Below, piece by piece: positions 1 to 8,481 of a stretch of DNA of 64,000 bases (positions within the stretch are counted from its first letter, which is position 1; each line of letters starts with the position of its first letter). The translations under genes were made by a program, and so were the position numbers. The notes under the pieces are model-generated. The model made no database searches and had not been told where the DNA came from. It saw only the letters and a program-made list of their open reading frames with translations. The stretch lies in contig JBFLYH010000003.1 in assembly GCA_040756875.1 (NCBI GenBank), forward strand, positions 256,001 to 320,000, read 5' to 3'. This DNA is from a candidate division FCPU426 bacterium. Its GTDB lineage: Bacteria > Oederibacteriota > JAAXVQ01 > JAUVAV01.

Positions 1-362
1 TGCACGTTCCGCGGGCTCTGTTTGGCTGTGAACAGGGAGTATTTTCCGCATTGCGCGAATTCCTTTTCCACGTGACCCATGAGCACTTTGCCAAAGCCCC
101 GGTTCTGATAAGCCGGATGCACGATCACGCGTCCGATGTAGCAAACTCCTGCTTTCTCATACGCCCGGACTGAGCCGATGATTTTCCCGCCCTGGCAGAG
201 CTTGTAGATGGTCTGCTGATTGAAGTCTTCCTTCATCCCTTCCAGAGTCTGCGTCAAAGGCGCGATATGGTAATCGCGGCACAGCTCCGCCTCGCTCTGG
301 TACGCCAGCTTCTGCAGCGCCAGGATCTCCGCCAAATCGTTGATTGACGCCTTTTCGATCAT
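1..362 (-). CDS. GNAT family N-acetyltransferase (runs off the window edge)
   Basis: Not in the ORF track. Translated by hand from ATG at 362: MIEKASINDLAEILALQKLAYQSEA...IGRVIVHPAYQNRGFGKVLM. VHPxYQxRGxG is the GNAT acetyl-CoA binding motif. Confidence 0.85.
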   Translation of the reverse strand, partial: MIEKASINDLAEILALQKLAYQSEAELCRDYHIAPLTQTLEGMKEDFNQQTIYKLCQGGKIIGSVRAYEKAGVCYIGRVIVHPAYQNRGFGKVLMGHVEKEFAQCGKYSLFTAKQSPRNV

Positions 363-427
363 CGCCTTGACTCCCCTCCCGGCCTGCAACGGCATTGCCG
401 CGTCCGGCCGCTTCTTCCGGGTTGACG

Positions 428-862
428 CTATTCGGCCCAATACGCGCGGACGAATTTCCAGGCGCCGTTGATCTTCCTGAACTCAAACAGGCCCACCCGC
501 GCGAAATCCGAGCCGGGCGCATAGTCGCGCTCCGTGACTTGCGGCGTGCGGTTGATCAACTGCAGCATGGTTTCCGGCTCCGGCCGCATTCCCGGGTCAG
601 CCTGGAGGACGGCCGGATACATGCGTTCGAACCATTCCCGGTCGCGCGGGATTTCCGGGTCCTCGTCCATTTCGCCGCGGGTGATGAACGGAAACTGCGT
701 CATGGCCGCGGCCTTCCGCGCGCTCAGGCTCAGGCTGGCAGCGCGGAATTCCTTCCAATAGGCGTGAAAATCCCCCTGCGCCGCCGGGGGTTGACCCTGG
801 CTGCACGCCGCCAGGGCAAAACCAGACAATACCCAGCACCAGCCAATCAGCCTTTTTCTCAT
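428..862 (-). CDS. Hypothetical lipoprotein
   Basis: Probable start MRKRLIGW..., preceded by AAAGGAG. Hydrophobic signal peptide ending in lipobox LAAC. Confidence 0.65.
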   Translation of the reverse strand: MRKRLIGWCWVLSGFALAACSQGQPPAAQGDFHAYWKEFRAASLSLSARKAAAMTQFPFITRGEMDEDPEIPRDREWFERMYPAVLQADPGMRPEPETMLQLINRTPQVTERDYAPGSDFARVGLFEFRKINGAWKFVRAYWAE

Positions 863-1083
863 GGGTGCAGCTCCTTTACACAGCCTGATGCGTCTATTGT
901 AGGGCGCAAGCAGAGCAGGGGCAAGAAAAAGGAATGGAATCAAGCCTGGCTGGCGCGATCCTTCCAATCCCATGCGGCCAAGTTCCGCGAAATCGGTTCT
1001 CTACACTGCCAGGTGCCGGGCTTCCGGAACTATGCTATACTTTGACAATTCATGATTCCAATACAAAGGGAGGATCGGCATCT

Positions 1084-1701
1084 ATGCCCACCGCAGCACA
1101 AATTCTTCAAACGCTCGCTTTGATCGCCAACCAAAATACCTGGCTGTCCATTGCTTGGCACGCGGCCATCGCCCTGGCGCTGGTGGCCGTGCTGGCCGGC
1201 TGGAAGCCTTCCCTGCGCGTGACCGGTATGATAATGGCCCTGCCCTTGTTGTCGGTCAGTCTCCTCGCTTGGCGATATGGCAATCCCTTCAATGGCATGC
1301 TGTTCCTGACCGCCGCTTTATTGTTAGGCGGGCTGGCCCTGCGTTTGGATAAAAGGTCCATTTCCATCGCCGCGGGCTGGACTGTTTGGGCTGGAATCGC
1401 CATGCTCGCCTTTGGTTGGGTGTATCCGCATTTCCTGGAGAACGCCGGCTGGTTAACCTATCTTTATGCGTCGCCGGTCGGGCTGATTCCATGCCCCACC
1501 TTGTCTGCAACCATCGGCCTGGTATTGCTTGTCGACGGCTTGTCCAGCCGGAGCTGGTCGCTGATTTTAGCCGGATTCGGTTTGTTCTATGGATTGTTCG
1601 GGACTTTCAGGCTGCACGTATGGCTGGATATCGGCCTGGTCGTTGGATCGCTCGCTCTGGCAATCCGGGCTTTAGCGCTGACAAAGGCCGGCTTGAAGTA
1701 G
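1084..1701 (+). CDS. Integral membrane protein (DUF6064-like)
   Basis: GGGAGG RBS before MPTAAQ. Multiple TM segments and a GLIPCPT motif. Confidence 0.65.
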   Translation: MPTAAQILQTLALIANQNTWLSIAWHAAIALALVAVLAGWKPSLRVTGMIMALPLLSVSLLAWRYGNPFNGMLFLTAALLLGGLALRLDKRSISIAAGWTVWAGIAMLAFGWVYPHFLENAGWLTYLYASPVGLIPCPTLSATIGLVLLVDGLSSRSWSLILAGFGLFYGLFGTFRLHVWLDIGLVVGSLALAIRALALTKAGLK

Positions 1702-1714
1702 TTGGAGCCTGGTT

Positions 1715-2716
1715 TTAATCGTGCGAATGCTCAGGCAGGTTGTCGTGCGCGTGACTAGGGATGTGGTGGTGTTCCTCGCCCAGGGCGTCGATGGGATCGA
1801 TATGGAGGGTGGCGCCTGACAGATGCTTTAAATGATGCAGCAGCTGGTGGCGGGCTTCCTTGGCAATGGCGTGCCCTTCGGCAACGGTTAGGTGCGAGTC
1901 CACCGCGAGATTGACCTCGGCATGCAGCTGGTGCCCAAGCCACCGGCAACGCACTTCCGCGACCTCCTTCACTCCCGGAACATGCCCCACCGCATGCTTG
2001 ATTTCATCGACCACCTCGGGATTCACGCCGTCGAGCAAGCGCGAAAACACCGTTCGGGCGGAATCCCATACGATGAACAGGATCGCCAGCGTGATCAAGA
2101 GACCGATGATGGGGTCCGCCAAGGGGAATCCCAGCCAAACCCCCAAGACGCCGCCCAGCACGGCCAGGCTGGTCAAGCCGTCCACGCGCGCATGGTTGCC
2201 GTCCGCGACCAAGGCGGCGCTGCCGATTTCCTTCCCGACTTTTATCCGGAACAGCGCCACGCCTTCATTGCCCAAAAAACCGATGACCGCGGCCGCCGCC
2301 ACCACCCCCAAGTGCCCGATCGGTGCCGGATGGAGGAGACGGTCGATCGATTGATATCCGGCGACAATGGCGCTGAATAATATCGTGGCCACCACCGCCA
2401 CCCCGGCCAGGTCTTCCACGCGCCCCAGGCCGTAGGTAAAACGCGTGCTGGGTTTGCGCTTGGCGAGGATGAAAGCCACGGCCAAGGGAATGGCAGTGGC
2501 CGCATCGCCGAAATTGTGAATGGTGTCCGCGAGCAACGCCACGCTGCCGCTGATAAAAACGATCGCGAGTTGGACCAGCGCGGTCAGGAAGAGCCAAATA
2601 AACGACCACTTGACCGCCCAGATCCCCCGGTCGGTCGAGAGGAGGCTGATGTCCGCGTCTCCATGGGCATGACCGAATCCATGAACATGCCCGTGTCCAC
2701 TGTGTCCGTGTCCCAT
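1715..2716 (-). CDS. Cation diffusion facilitator (CDF) metal efflux transporter
   Basis: SVALLADTIHNFGD (TM2) and ADGNHARVD (TM5) motifs, His-rich N- and C-termini, C-terminal dimerisation domain. Confidence 0.92.
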   Translation of the reverse strand: MGHGHSGHGHVHGFGHAHGDADISLLSTDRGIWAVKWSFIWLFLTALVQLAIVFISGSVALLADTIHNFGDAATAIPLAVAFILAKRKPSTRFTYGLGRVEDLAGVAVVATILFSAIVAGYQSIDRLLHPAPIGHLGVVAAAAVIGFLGNEGVALFRIKVGKEIGSAALVADGNHARVDGLTSLAVLGGVLGVWLGFPLADPIIGLLITLAILFIVWDSARTVFSRLLDGVNPEVVDEIKHAVGHVPGVKEVAEVRCRWLGHQLHAEVNLAVDSHLTVAEGHAIAKEARHQLLHHLKHLSGATLHIDPIDALGEEHHHIPSHAHDNLPEHSHD

Positions 2717-2829
2717 GGTCTCTCCTCGGAGTTCAGGCCTAGCAGCTATTGACCAGGGTTATAGCAATAATAGGCGGGATAATAAAGGGTATTTTCCGCC
2801 CTTCCGGCAGAAGCAAAGAGCGGTTGGCA

Positions 2830-3201
2830 CTATCCTCCAATCGCCGCCTTAAGCGCATTAAGGTCAAACGGTTTTGCCAGGCATTGATCCACACCTGCCT
2901 GCAGGGCTATGGCTGCCAATTGTTCGTCCATTTGCGCGGAAAACATGATGATCCTGGGTCTTACCCGCCCCTTCCCGCCGTTGGCGCTCTGATCCAGCCT
3001 TCTCAGGTTAGCCGCCAGTTCCAATCCGTTCATAGCCGGCAGGGCGTAATCCACCAGCACCACCTGAGGCTGAATTTCCAGGGCGCAAGTCAACCCGGCT
3101 TCGGCGGTCAAGGCCCCGGTTACCGCGTATTCCCCGGCCAGGGCGATTTCGAGGGTTTCCAGCAGCTCAGGCTGGTCTTCGATGATGAGTAGTTTAATCA
3201 T
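2830..3201 (-). CDS. Single-domain response regulator (receiver only)
   Basis: LLIIEDQ acidic pocket, VDYALPAMNG phosphoacceptor Asp, AKPF lysine. GGAG RBS upstream of ATG 3201. Confidence 0.85.
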   Translation of the reverse strand: MIKLLIIEDQPELLETLEIALAGEYAVTGALTAEAGLTCALEIQPQVVLVDYALPAMNGLELAANLRRLDQSANGGKGRVRPRIIMFSAQMDEQLAAIALQAGVDQCLAKPFDLNALKAAIGG

Positions 3202-3228
3202 TCTCAATCTCCATAACCATTATTCCGT

Positions 3229-3260
3229 TGCTAACTTTAGTATGTCGACTATAGTTAGCA
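3229..3260. promoter_or_regulatory. Palindromic operator candidate (C-box-like) between divergent genes
   Basis: TGCTAACTTTAGT-atgtcg-ACTATAGTTAGCA: 13-bp arms with one mismatch, ending 19 bp before the HTH gene start. Confidence 0.6.
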
Positions 3261-3279
3261 CCCAAGCGACAATTTGTCC

Positions 3280-3495
3280 ATGAAAAAATACCCGGTATTG
3301 GTTAATTTCGGTGATCGATTGCGCGCATTGCGGCTCAAACAGGGGTTATCGCAAGAGAAATTGGCCGAATTGGCCGACGTTCACCGCACCTATATCGGGA
3401 TGCTCGAAAGAGCGGAAAAGAACGTAACCTTGAGGAATATTGAGAAGATTGCCAAAGCGCTAAAGATGAAGATGAGGGATTTGGTGGAAGGATAG
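3280..3495 (+). CDS. XRE-family HTH regulator, similar to restriction-modification controller (C) proteins
   Basis: FGDRLRALR...SQEKLAELADVHRTYIGMLERAEKNVTLRNIEKIAKAL, typical of the HTH_3/C-protein family. Confidence 0.88.
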   Translation: MKKYPVLVNFGDRLRALRLKQGLSQEKLAELADVHRTYIGMLERAEKNVTLRNIEKIAKALKMKMRDLVEG

Positions 3496-3513
3496 TCTGC
3501 GTTAACCTCACCC

Positions 3514-3729
3514 ATGAAAAAAGAAGCTGTACTTAAGGCATTTGCCAACAGACTTCGGGCCGAGCGGCTAAAGCGGGGCCTGTCCCAGGAAAAGCTGGCC
3601 GAATTGGCCAATGTGCATAGGAATTACATTGGAATGCTGGAAAGAGCCGAAAGAAACCCCTCGCTGATTCACTTCAAGAAAATCGCAAAGGCGTTGAAGG
3701 TAAAGGTTGGGAGTTTGGTGGAAGGATAA
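3514..3729 (+). CDS. XRE-family HTH regulator, tandem paralog
   Basis: SQEKLAELANVHRNYIGMLERAERNPSL...IAKAL. Same length and C-terminus (LVEG) as the upstream gene. Confidence 0.88.
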   Translation: MKKEAVLKAFANRLRAERLKRGLSQEKLAELANVHRNYIGMLERAERNPSLIHFKKIAKALKVKVGSLVEG

Positions 3730-3780
3730 GCCCACCCTTAGTTACTATCATTTGGGCAATCAAATAACGATCTTATTCAA

Positions 3781-4575
3781 TCAAACATTTATCCAATGTG
3801 TCTTCGCAATCTTACCTACCGATGGCATTTCTTGAAAAGCGACAAATGGCAACTTGGGAAATATCGCCGGTATTAGTGGTTTAGCTGGTTCAGGGTGCAA
3901 AGCCCCTCGCAGATAGACGACATTTTCATCTGCCGCGTTGACTAGGATCACCGCAGAAATAGATTCTCTGACCTCAATTACTTCAAATCTACCATTCTTC
4001 TCCTCTAACTTAACCGCCATCGAGTGCCTCAAATCTGTTTGATGACGTATCTCCCGTGTCTTGGCAAATTGGTTAATCGGAATAACGAGCTTCACTTGAG
4101 ATGTTAGTAATTCTGTAACAACACCAGCCTCGAAGAAAAGGCCTGAGTGTGAGTGATTTGAGCCAATGAATACAACTCTCGGGCCATTGCACTTACCAAA
4201 CTTTTTAGTTGCTTTTTTTACTGCATTAAATATTGTCTCAGTCGGCCTTTCATATGATCCCCCTGTAGAAGCTTCCTGCACGCCAGACCTATCGACAACA
4301 GCTTTGGTATTTATGAACTTCGCCTCGCAGTATAAATTGCCCTGCGTACTTCCACAAAAGAAGTCAGGGCCAGTTGCACAGGGATCGACTTGCATTTGAA
4401 AGTATTTTAAAATTCCAAACACCGTGGCCTCAAAACAAGCATCAGTATCATTATGTTTAATTCTACGAATAATGGGTTTGCAAAATGGCTTTTCGCTTTG
4501 GTTGGCTTTCAAGTACTCAAGGTAGATATTATTTCTATCCGTAGTAGAGCCAAGATTAATTTGAAGAGCTTTCAT
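3781..4575 (-). CDS. Hypothetical protein, putative PD-(D/E)XK nuclease fold
   Basis: AT-rich 264-aa ORF containing FE...GPDFF...YCEAK, which matches the E...PD-x(n)-ExK signature. Confidence 0.55.
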   Translation of the reverse strand: MKALQINLGSTTDRNNIYLEYLKANQSEKPFCKPIIRRIKHNDTDACFEATVFGILKYFQMQVDPCATGPDFFCGSTQGNLYCEAKFINTKAVVDRSGVQEASTGGSYERPTETIFNAVKKATKKFGKCNGPRVVFIGSNHSHSGLFFEAGVVTELLTSQVKLVIPINQFAKTREIRHQTDLRHSMAVKLEEKNGRFEVIEVRESISAVILVNAADENVVYLRGALHPEPAKPLIPAIFPKLPFVAFQEMPSVGKIAKTHWINV

Positions 4576-4769
4576 GCCTTCACTTTTCCACTGTTGGAAT
4601 TCGGGGACATTTCAACGGATTAATCTCCGTCCTTGCCCATCTTTTATGCATCCCGCGTTCGTTTCCCGTATTTTACGCCTAGTTGGTCATACTTTTGAAG
4701 TGCTTTCCGGATTTATATCGATCGGAGTGAGTAGTCATGTGCGAAGGCGGAGGGGGAAAGATTATTTCC

Positions 4770-4801
4770 CTGGATTCCGGCTTCGGGCATGCCGGAATGA
4801 C
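4770..4801. repeat. REP-like palindrome (CTGGATTCCGGC...GCCGGAATGAC type)
   Basis: ATTCCGGC / GCCGGAAT inverted arms in intergenic DNA. Confidence 0.6.
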
Positions 4802-4993
4802 GACCCCTCTCCACCCTCCCCTTCATCCCCTCCCCAAGCTGCTTGCAATGCGAGCAGCAGAGCATTTGAGAGTCGATAGGAGAGAGTGGATAAAACCTCA
4901 AATGCGGTCTACTTTCCCCTTTCTACTTTCAGAATACTACGTGGGGCGAGGGGATTGTTAATGCTCAGGGCGCCTCGCAAAGATTAACTTTTG

Positions 4994-5038
4994 AACTCCC
5001 CCTACCCCCTCTTTGCCAAAGAGGGGGTAGGGGGAGTT
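4994..5038. repeat. Perfect 21-bp inverted repeat (REP-like hairpin)
   Basis: AACTCCCCCTACCCCCTCTTT-gcc-AAAGAGGGGGTAGGGGGAGTT. Confidence 0.8.
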
Positions 5039-5074
5039 GAGATTGCCGCGCCTCCTACGGAGGCTCGCAATGAC
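5039..5074. repeat. REP-like element (GATTGCCGCG...CTCGCAATGAC type)
   Basis: Same family as the copies at 12608-12699. Confidence 0.7.
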
Positions 5075-5171
5075 AGCGGGAGGATCGCGAGGAAAGGCAG
5101 GTAATTAAAAATATCCGCAATGATTCTTCAGGTCGGCGGTCTAAGTATTAATGCTGCTCGGGGAGGTTCAA

Positions 5172-5726
5172 ATGAACAATAAAGAAACCAACCTTATTCC
5201 AAAGGAATCTATCGAAAATGTAATTTACCTTATCCGCGGTGAAAAAGTGATGCTGGATAGGGACCTGGCACAGCTCTACCGCGTTAAGACAATCGCATTG
5301 CGCCAACAAGTTAAAAGAAACATCCGAAGATTCCCCTCGGATTTCATGTTCATGCTGACTCTCGCCGAGGCGAGGGCTTTGGTATCACAGAATGTGATAC
5401 CATCCATGCGCAGTTTTGGCGGTGCCCGGCCATATGTTTTCACCGAAAGCGGGGTGGCGATGCTTTCCAGTGTACTCAAGAGTGACCGGGCCATCCAAGT
5501 CAACATTCAAATCATCAGGACATTCATCCGTTTGCGAAAAGTGCTATCCCTGCACAAAGGTATTCTCAAGCAACTTACAAAGCACGAATTGAAGCTCTTG
5601 GAGCTGGATAGACGCACCCATAAAATATCCGCCATCATTAATGATATTCTTCGACTGCCAATTACCCTTAAACGAAAACCAAAGCCTATTGGCTTTTTAC
5701 CTCCAAATAAGCGCGCATCACTATAG
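5172..5726 (+). CDS. ORF6N domain DNA-binding protein
   Basis: IYLIRGEKVMLDRDLAQLY...QVKRNIRRFPSDFMF...PYVFTESGVAMLSSVLKSDRAIQVNIQIIRTF; C-terminal IGF motif. Confidence 0.9.
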   Translation: MNNKETNLIPKESIENVIYLIRGEKVMLDRDLAQLYRVKTIALRQQVKRNIRRFPSDFMFMLTLAEARALVSQNVIPSMRSFGGARPYVFTESGVAMLSSVLKSDRAIQVNIQIIRTFIRLRKVLSLHKGILKQLTKHELKLLELDRRTHKISAIINDILRLPITLKRKPKPIGFLPPNKRASL

Positions 5727-5821
5727 CGATACACAACAAATAAACAAGGTTAATATTTTTCTCACAATGATTTTCCAGGTTTGCGGTCTAAGGATTAATA
5801 CTACTCCACGGAGGTTTTGTG

Positions 5822-6376
5822 ATGGCCAACCGCAAACCAAACAGCTTCATTCCGCAGGAAATGATTGAAACCAAGATTTACCTTATTCGAGGTGAGAAGG
5901 TCATGTTAGACAGGGACCTGGCGGAATTGTACGGAGTCTCAGTTAAAAGGTTGAAAGAACAGGTGAAGCGCAATCTCACAAGATTCCCAGCAGACTTTAT
6001 GATTAGGCTTGATTTTAAAGAGTTTTCAAACTTGAGGTCGCAAATTGCGACCTCAAGTTGGGGCGGTCAACGGTATTTACCCTTTGCTTTCACGGAGAAC
6101 GGGGTTGCCATGCTTTCCAGCATACTCAATAGCGATCGCGCTATCATGGTCAATATCCAAATCATGCGCACGTTCACGCGCATACGCAAACTTCTCGCCT
6201 CGCACAAGGAGATCCTGCGCAAGCTGGATCAGCTCGAAGCCAGGCAAAGCCAGCAGGGCGAACAGATCGTGCAAATCTTCCAGGTCATCAAGGCCATCCT
6301 CGATCTGCCCATCACCCTCAAGCACAAGTCCAAACGAATCGGATTCAAGCCACCTGCGGCATCTCAAGGCTCTTGA
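5822..6376 (+). CDS. ORF6N domain DNA-binding protein, tandem paralog
   Basis: IYLIRGEKVMLDRDLAELYGV...PFAFTENGVAMLSSILNSDRAIMVNIQIMRTF; C-terminal RIGF. Confidence 0.9.
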   Translation: MANRKPNSFIPQEMIETKIYLIRGEKVMLDRDLAELYGVSVKRLKEQVKRNLTRFPADFMIRLDFKEFSNLRSQIATSSWGGQRYLPFAFTENGVAMLSSILNSDRAIMVNIQIMRTFTRIRKLLASHKEILRKLDQLEARQSQQGEQIVQIFQVIKAILDLPITLKHKSKRIGFKPPAASQGS

Positions 6377-6425
6377 AAGAGAGTTTTCCGGGCGATTATA
6401 ACGGAAGCGGATGTGGGGTTTTGGT

Positions 6426-6764
6426 TCAATACTTCCCATAGGCATTCGTCCATTTGGCGGCGATTTTGAGGAACTTCTCGTAACCTTCTGCTTTGACAAA
6501 AAGGATCGCCTGCTTGTATTTCTGATACTTGTACCCTTTTTTTCCAAAAAACCGGTTGATGGTCACGCAGGTATCAAGCAAAGCGCAGTCCGCGCAGGTG
6601 TTCAACCCCTTTTTAAGGCAGCAGACTTTCATCGGGCACCTGGCTTTTTCCAGGTCCCGCCCGCCCGGCCCATACCCGATTTTACAGCCTTTGCACTTCT
6701 TGTTCGCGTAGGCCTTGCAGGTTCTGCAATATGCTCCGCAACAACCGATTTCTCTGAGGCTCAT
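6426..6764 (-). CDS. Cys-rich small protein (DUF3795-like)
   Basis: Probable start MSLREIGCCGAYCRTC, followed by CKGC, CPMKVCC and CADC motifs. Confidence 0.75.
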   Translation of the reverse strand: MSLREIGCCGAYCRTCKAYANKKCKGCKIGYGPGGRDLEKARCPMKVCCLKKGLNTCADCALLDTCVTINRFFGKKGYKYQKYKQAILFVKAEGYEKFLKIAAKWTNAYGKY

Positions 6765-6922
6765 CCTTGTTACACACCCGCTTCCGAAGTGGTCCCTGGT
6801 TTCAAGCTGCAATCCTTGCCTCGTTTGGACATTTAACCATATCCCGCCTCGGTTGCTCATAACAAAAACAGCCGGCTGGCCAGGGCGCTGGCCAACCGGC
6901 TGTTCACGCATATTGACTTGCT

Positions 6923-7393
6923 TTATTGAGTCGCGTACTTGGCCGGATCTTTGTCCCATGCTTCAACGCAGCTTTGGCAGCAAAGATAATATTTCTTGCC
7001 GTTGTACTCACGTGTGGCCACGGCCTTGGATTTCGGCAGCTTCGTGCCCATAACCGGGCAGGTTACCATATCATCCTTGGCTTGGGTTGCCTCCTTCTTC
7101 CATTCCAGGCATTTTTGCGCTTGCTCCTGGATGGCCTTGACTGTTTCGGGATTCTTGGAAGTAACCGTAATAACCGCTCCTTCCGAGGTGTTTTCCACCT
7201 TAACCTCGGCATCCTTGATTTGCATCGGACACCCGCCCATGCATTTATGCATGGACATTTCATCGCCGTGCATATGCCCTTTGTGCGTCATTCCCTGGCC
7301 CTTTTCCATGGCTTTGCTTTCAGCCAAACCAAGCGTGGGCGCCAGCAGCACAACGGCCACCAAACCGACCTGTAATAAAAATCCCGACTTCAT
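6923..7393 (-). CDS. Secreted YHS-domain metal-binding protein
   Basis: Signal peptide, His/Met-rich segment, C-terminal TCPVMG...YNGKKYYLCCQSC...DPAKY (YHS). Confidence 0.8.
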   Translation of the reverse strand: MKSGFLLQVGLVAVVLLAPTLGLAESKAMEKGQGMTHKGHMHGDEMSMHKCMGGCPMQIKDAEVKVENTSEGAVITVTSKNPETVKAIQEQAQKCLEWKKEATQAKDDMVTCPVMGTKLPKSKAVATREYNGKKYYLCCQSCVEAWDKDPAKYATQ

Positions 7394-7522
7394 ATCAATT
7401 GTCCTCCTTCGGAGTGTTGTTCTTTTATGAACCTTGCCCGCCTGAAGCGCCCTTATCCAGGTACCTCTTTAGACACTGCTTACACCCTGATGCCGAATTA
7501 TTTTTCAGCCCGCGTTTCCCGG

Positions 7523-8230
7523 TTATTTCCCGCCTCTTTTCCCGAGCTCCGCCAGCAGGTCCAGCTGGATCTCCTGGATCTGGGCCAGGCGGTCCCACTG
7601 GTGGGAGAGCAGGTGGTCCACTTTCTCGTTCAGGTGCCGGATCTCCAGCTCGGCCTTGAGGTTCACCTGGTAGTCGTGTTCCGAACGCAGGCGGTCCTTG
7701 GTCTCCTGGCGGTTCTGGCTCATCATGATGATGGGCGCCTGAATGGCGGCCAGGCAGGAGAGGAACAGGTTCAGGAGAATGAAAGGATAAGGGTCCACGG
7801 GTTTCCACCACAGCACCAGGGAGTTCATGGCGATCCACAGGAGCATGAAACCGCCGAAATAAAACAGGAAGGCCCAGCTCCCGCCAAAGGCCGCAATGCG
7901 GTCCGCCAGCTTCTCGCCCAGGGTCCACTTTTGCTCGAATTCATTATCCACGTTGCGCGAAAGCAGTTCGTGATCGCGGATGCTCGCGACCACCTCGTTC
8001 TCCAGGGCCGTCATCTCGCCTTTTTCCGATTCGAGCAGGGAGTGCACGTAGCGCGCGCGATACTGCATGAGGTCGGTCCGGCAGATATATTTATCCGCGG
8101 ACCAATCCGGCCGGTCGTGCTTGATTTCCGCGGCAATCACGTCCCGGACCGTCGCTCCCAGGGTCAGGTCGCCCAGAGCAAAAGTCTTTCCGCAGATGGC
8201 GCATGGGTGGGCATGGTTTTTTTCCGGCAT
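7523..8230 (-). CDS. DUF1003 domain membrane protein
   Basis: ADRIAAFGGSW...DPYPFILLNLFLSCLAAIQAPIIMMSQNRQ...DYQVNLKAELEI. Confidence 0.9.
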   Translation of the reverse strand: MPEKNHAHPCAICGKTFALGDLTLGATVRDVIAAEIKHDRPDWSADKYICRTDLMQYRARYVHSLLESEKGEMTALENEVVASIRDHELLSRNVDNEFEQKWTLGEKLADRIAAFGGSWAFLFYFGGFMLLWIAMNSLVLWWKPVDPYPFILLNLFLSCLAAIQAPIIMMSQNRQETKDRLRSEHDYQVNLKAELEIRHLNEKVDHLLSHQWDRLAQIQEIQLDLLAELGKRGGK

Positions 8231-8481
8231 GAAGTCCTCCTGGTCGCTCGGGTCCCGTAAAAGTTGATCCGGCTTTTTTCCTTGGCTTACAACCCATTAT
8301 TCACATCTTCACCGGCATTTCCATGAATAAAGCGGCCGAATTTGTATCAATCGGAAAAGACCATCAATCACTTGTGCTGTTGGCCAAAACGCCCCCTCTT
8401 TTTCCTTTTTATCCTTCATCCACTTGGGCTATAATCCCCCTTAATCTTTAGGGTCTTCAAACTGAACCTCCCCCTTTCTCC

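Noticed and set aside
3280..4575. Complete type II restriction-modification system
   Set aside because: No DNA methyltransferase motifs nearby, and the nuclease-like gene is convergent with the C-like genes rather than co-transcribed.
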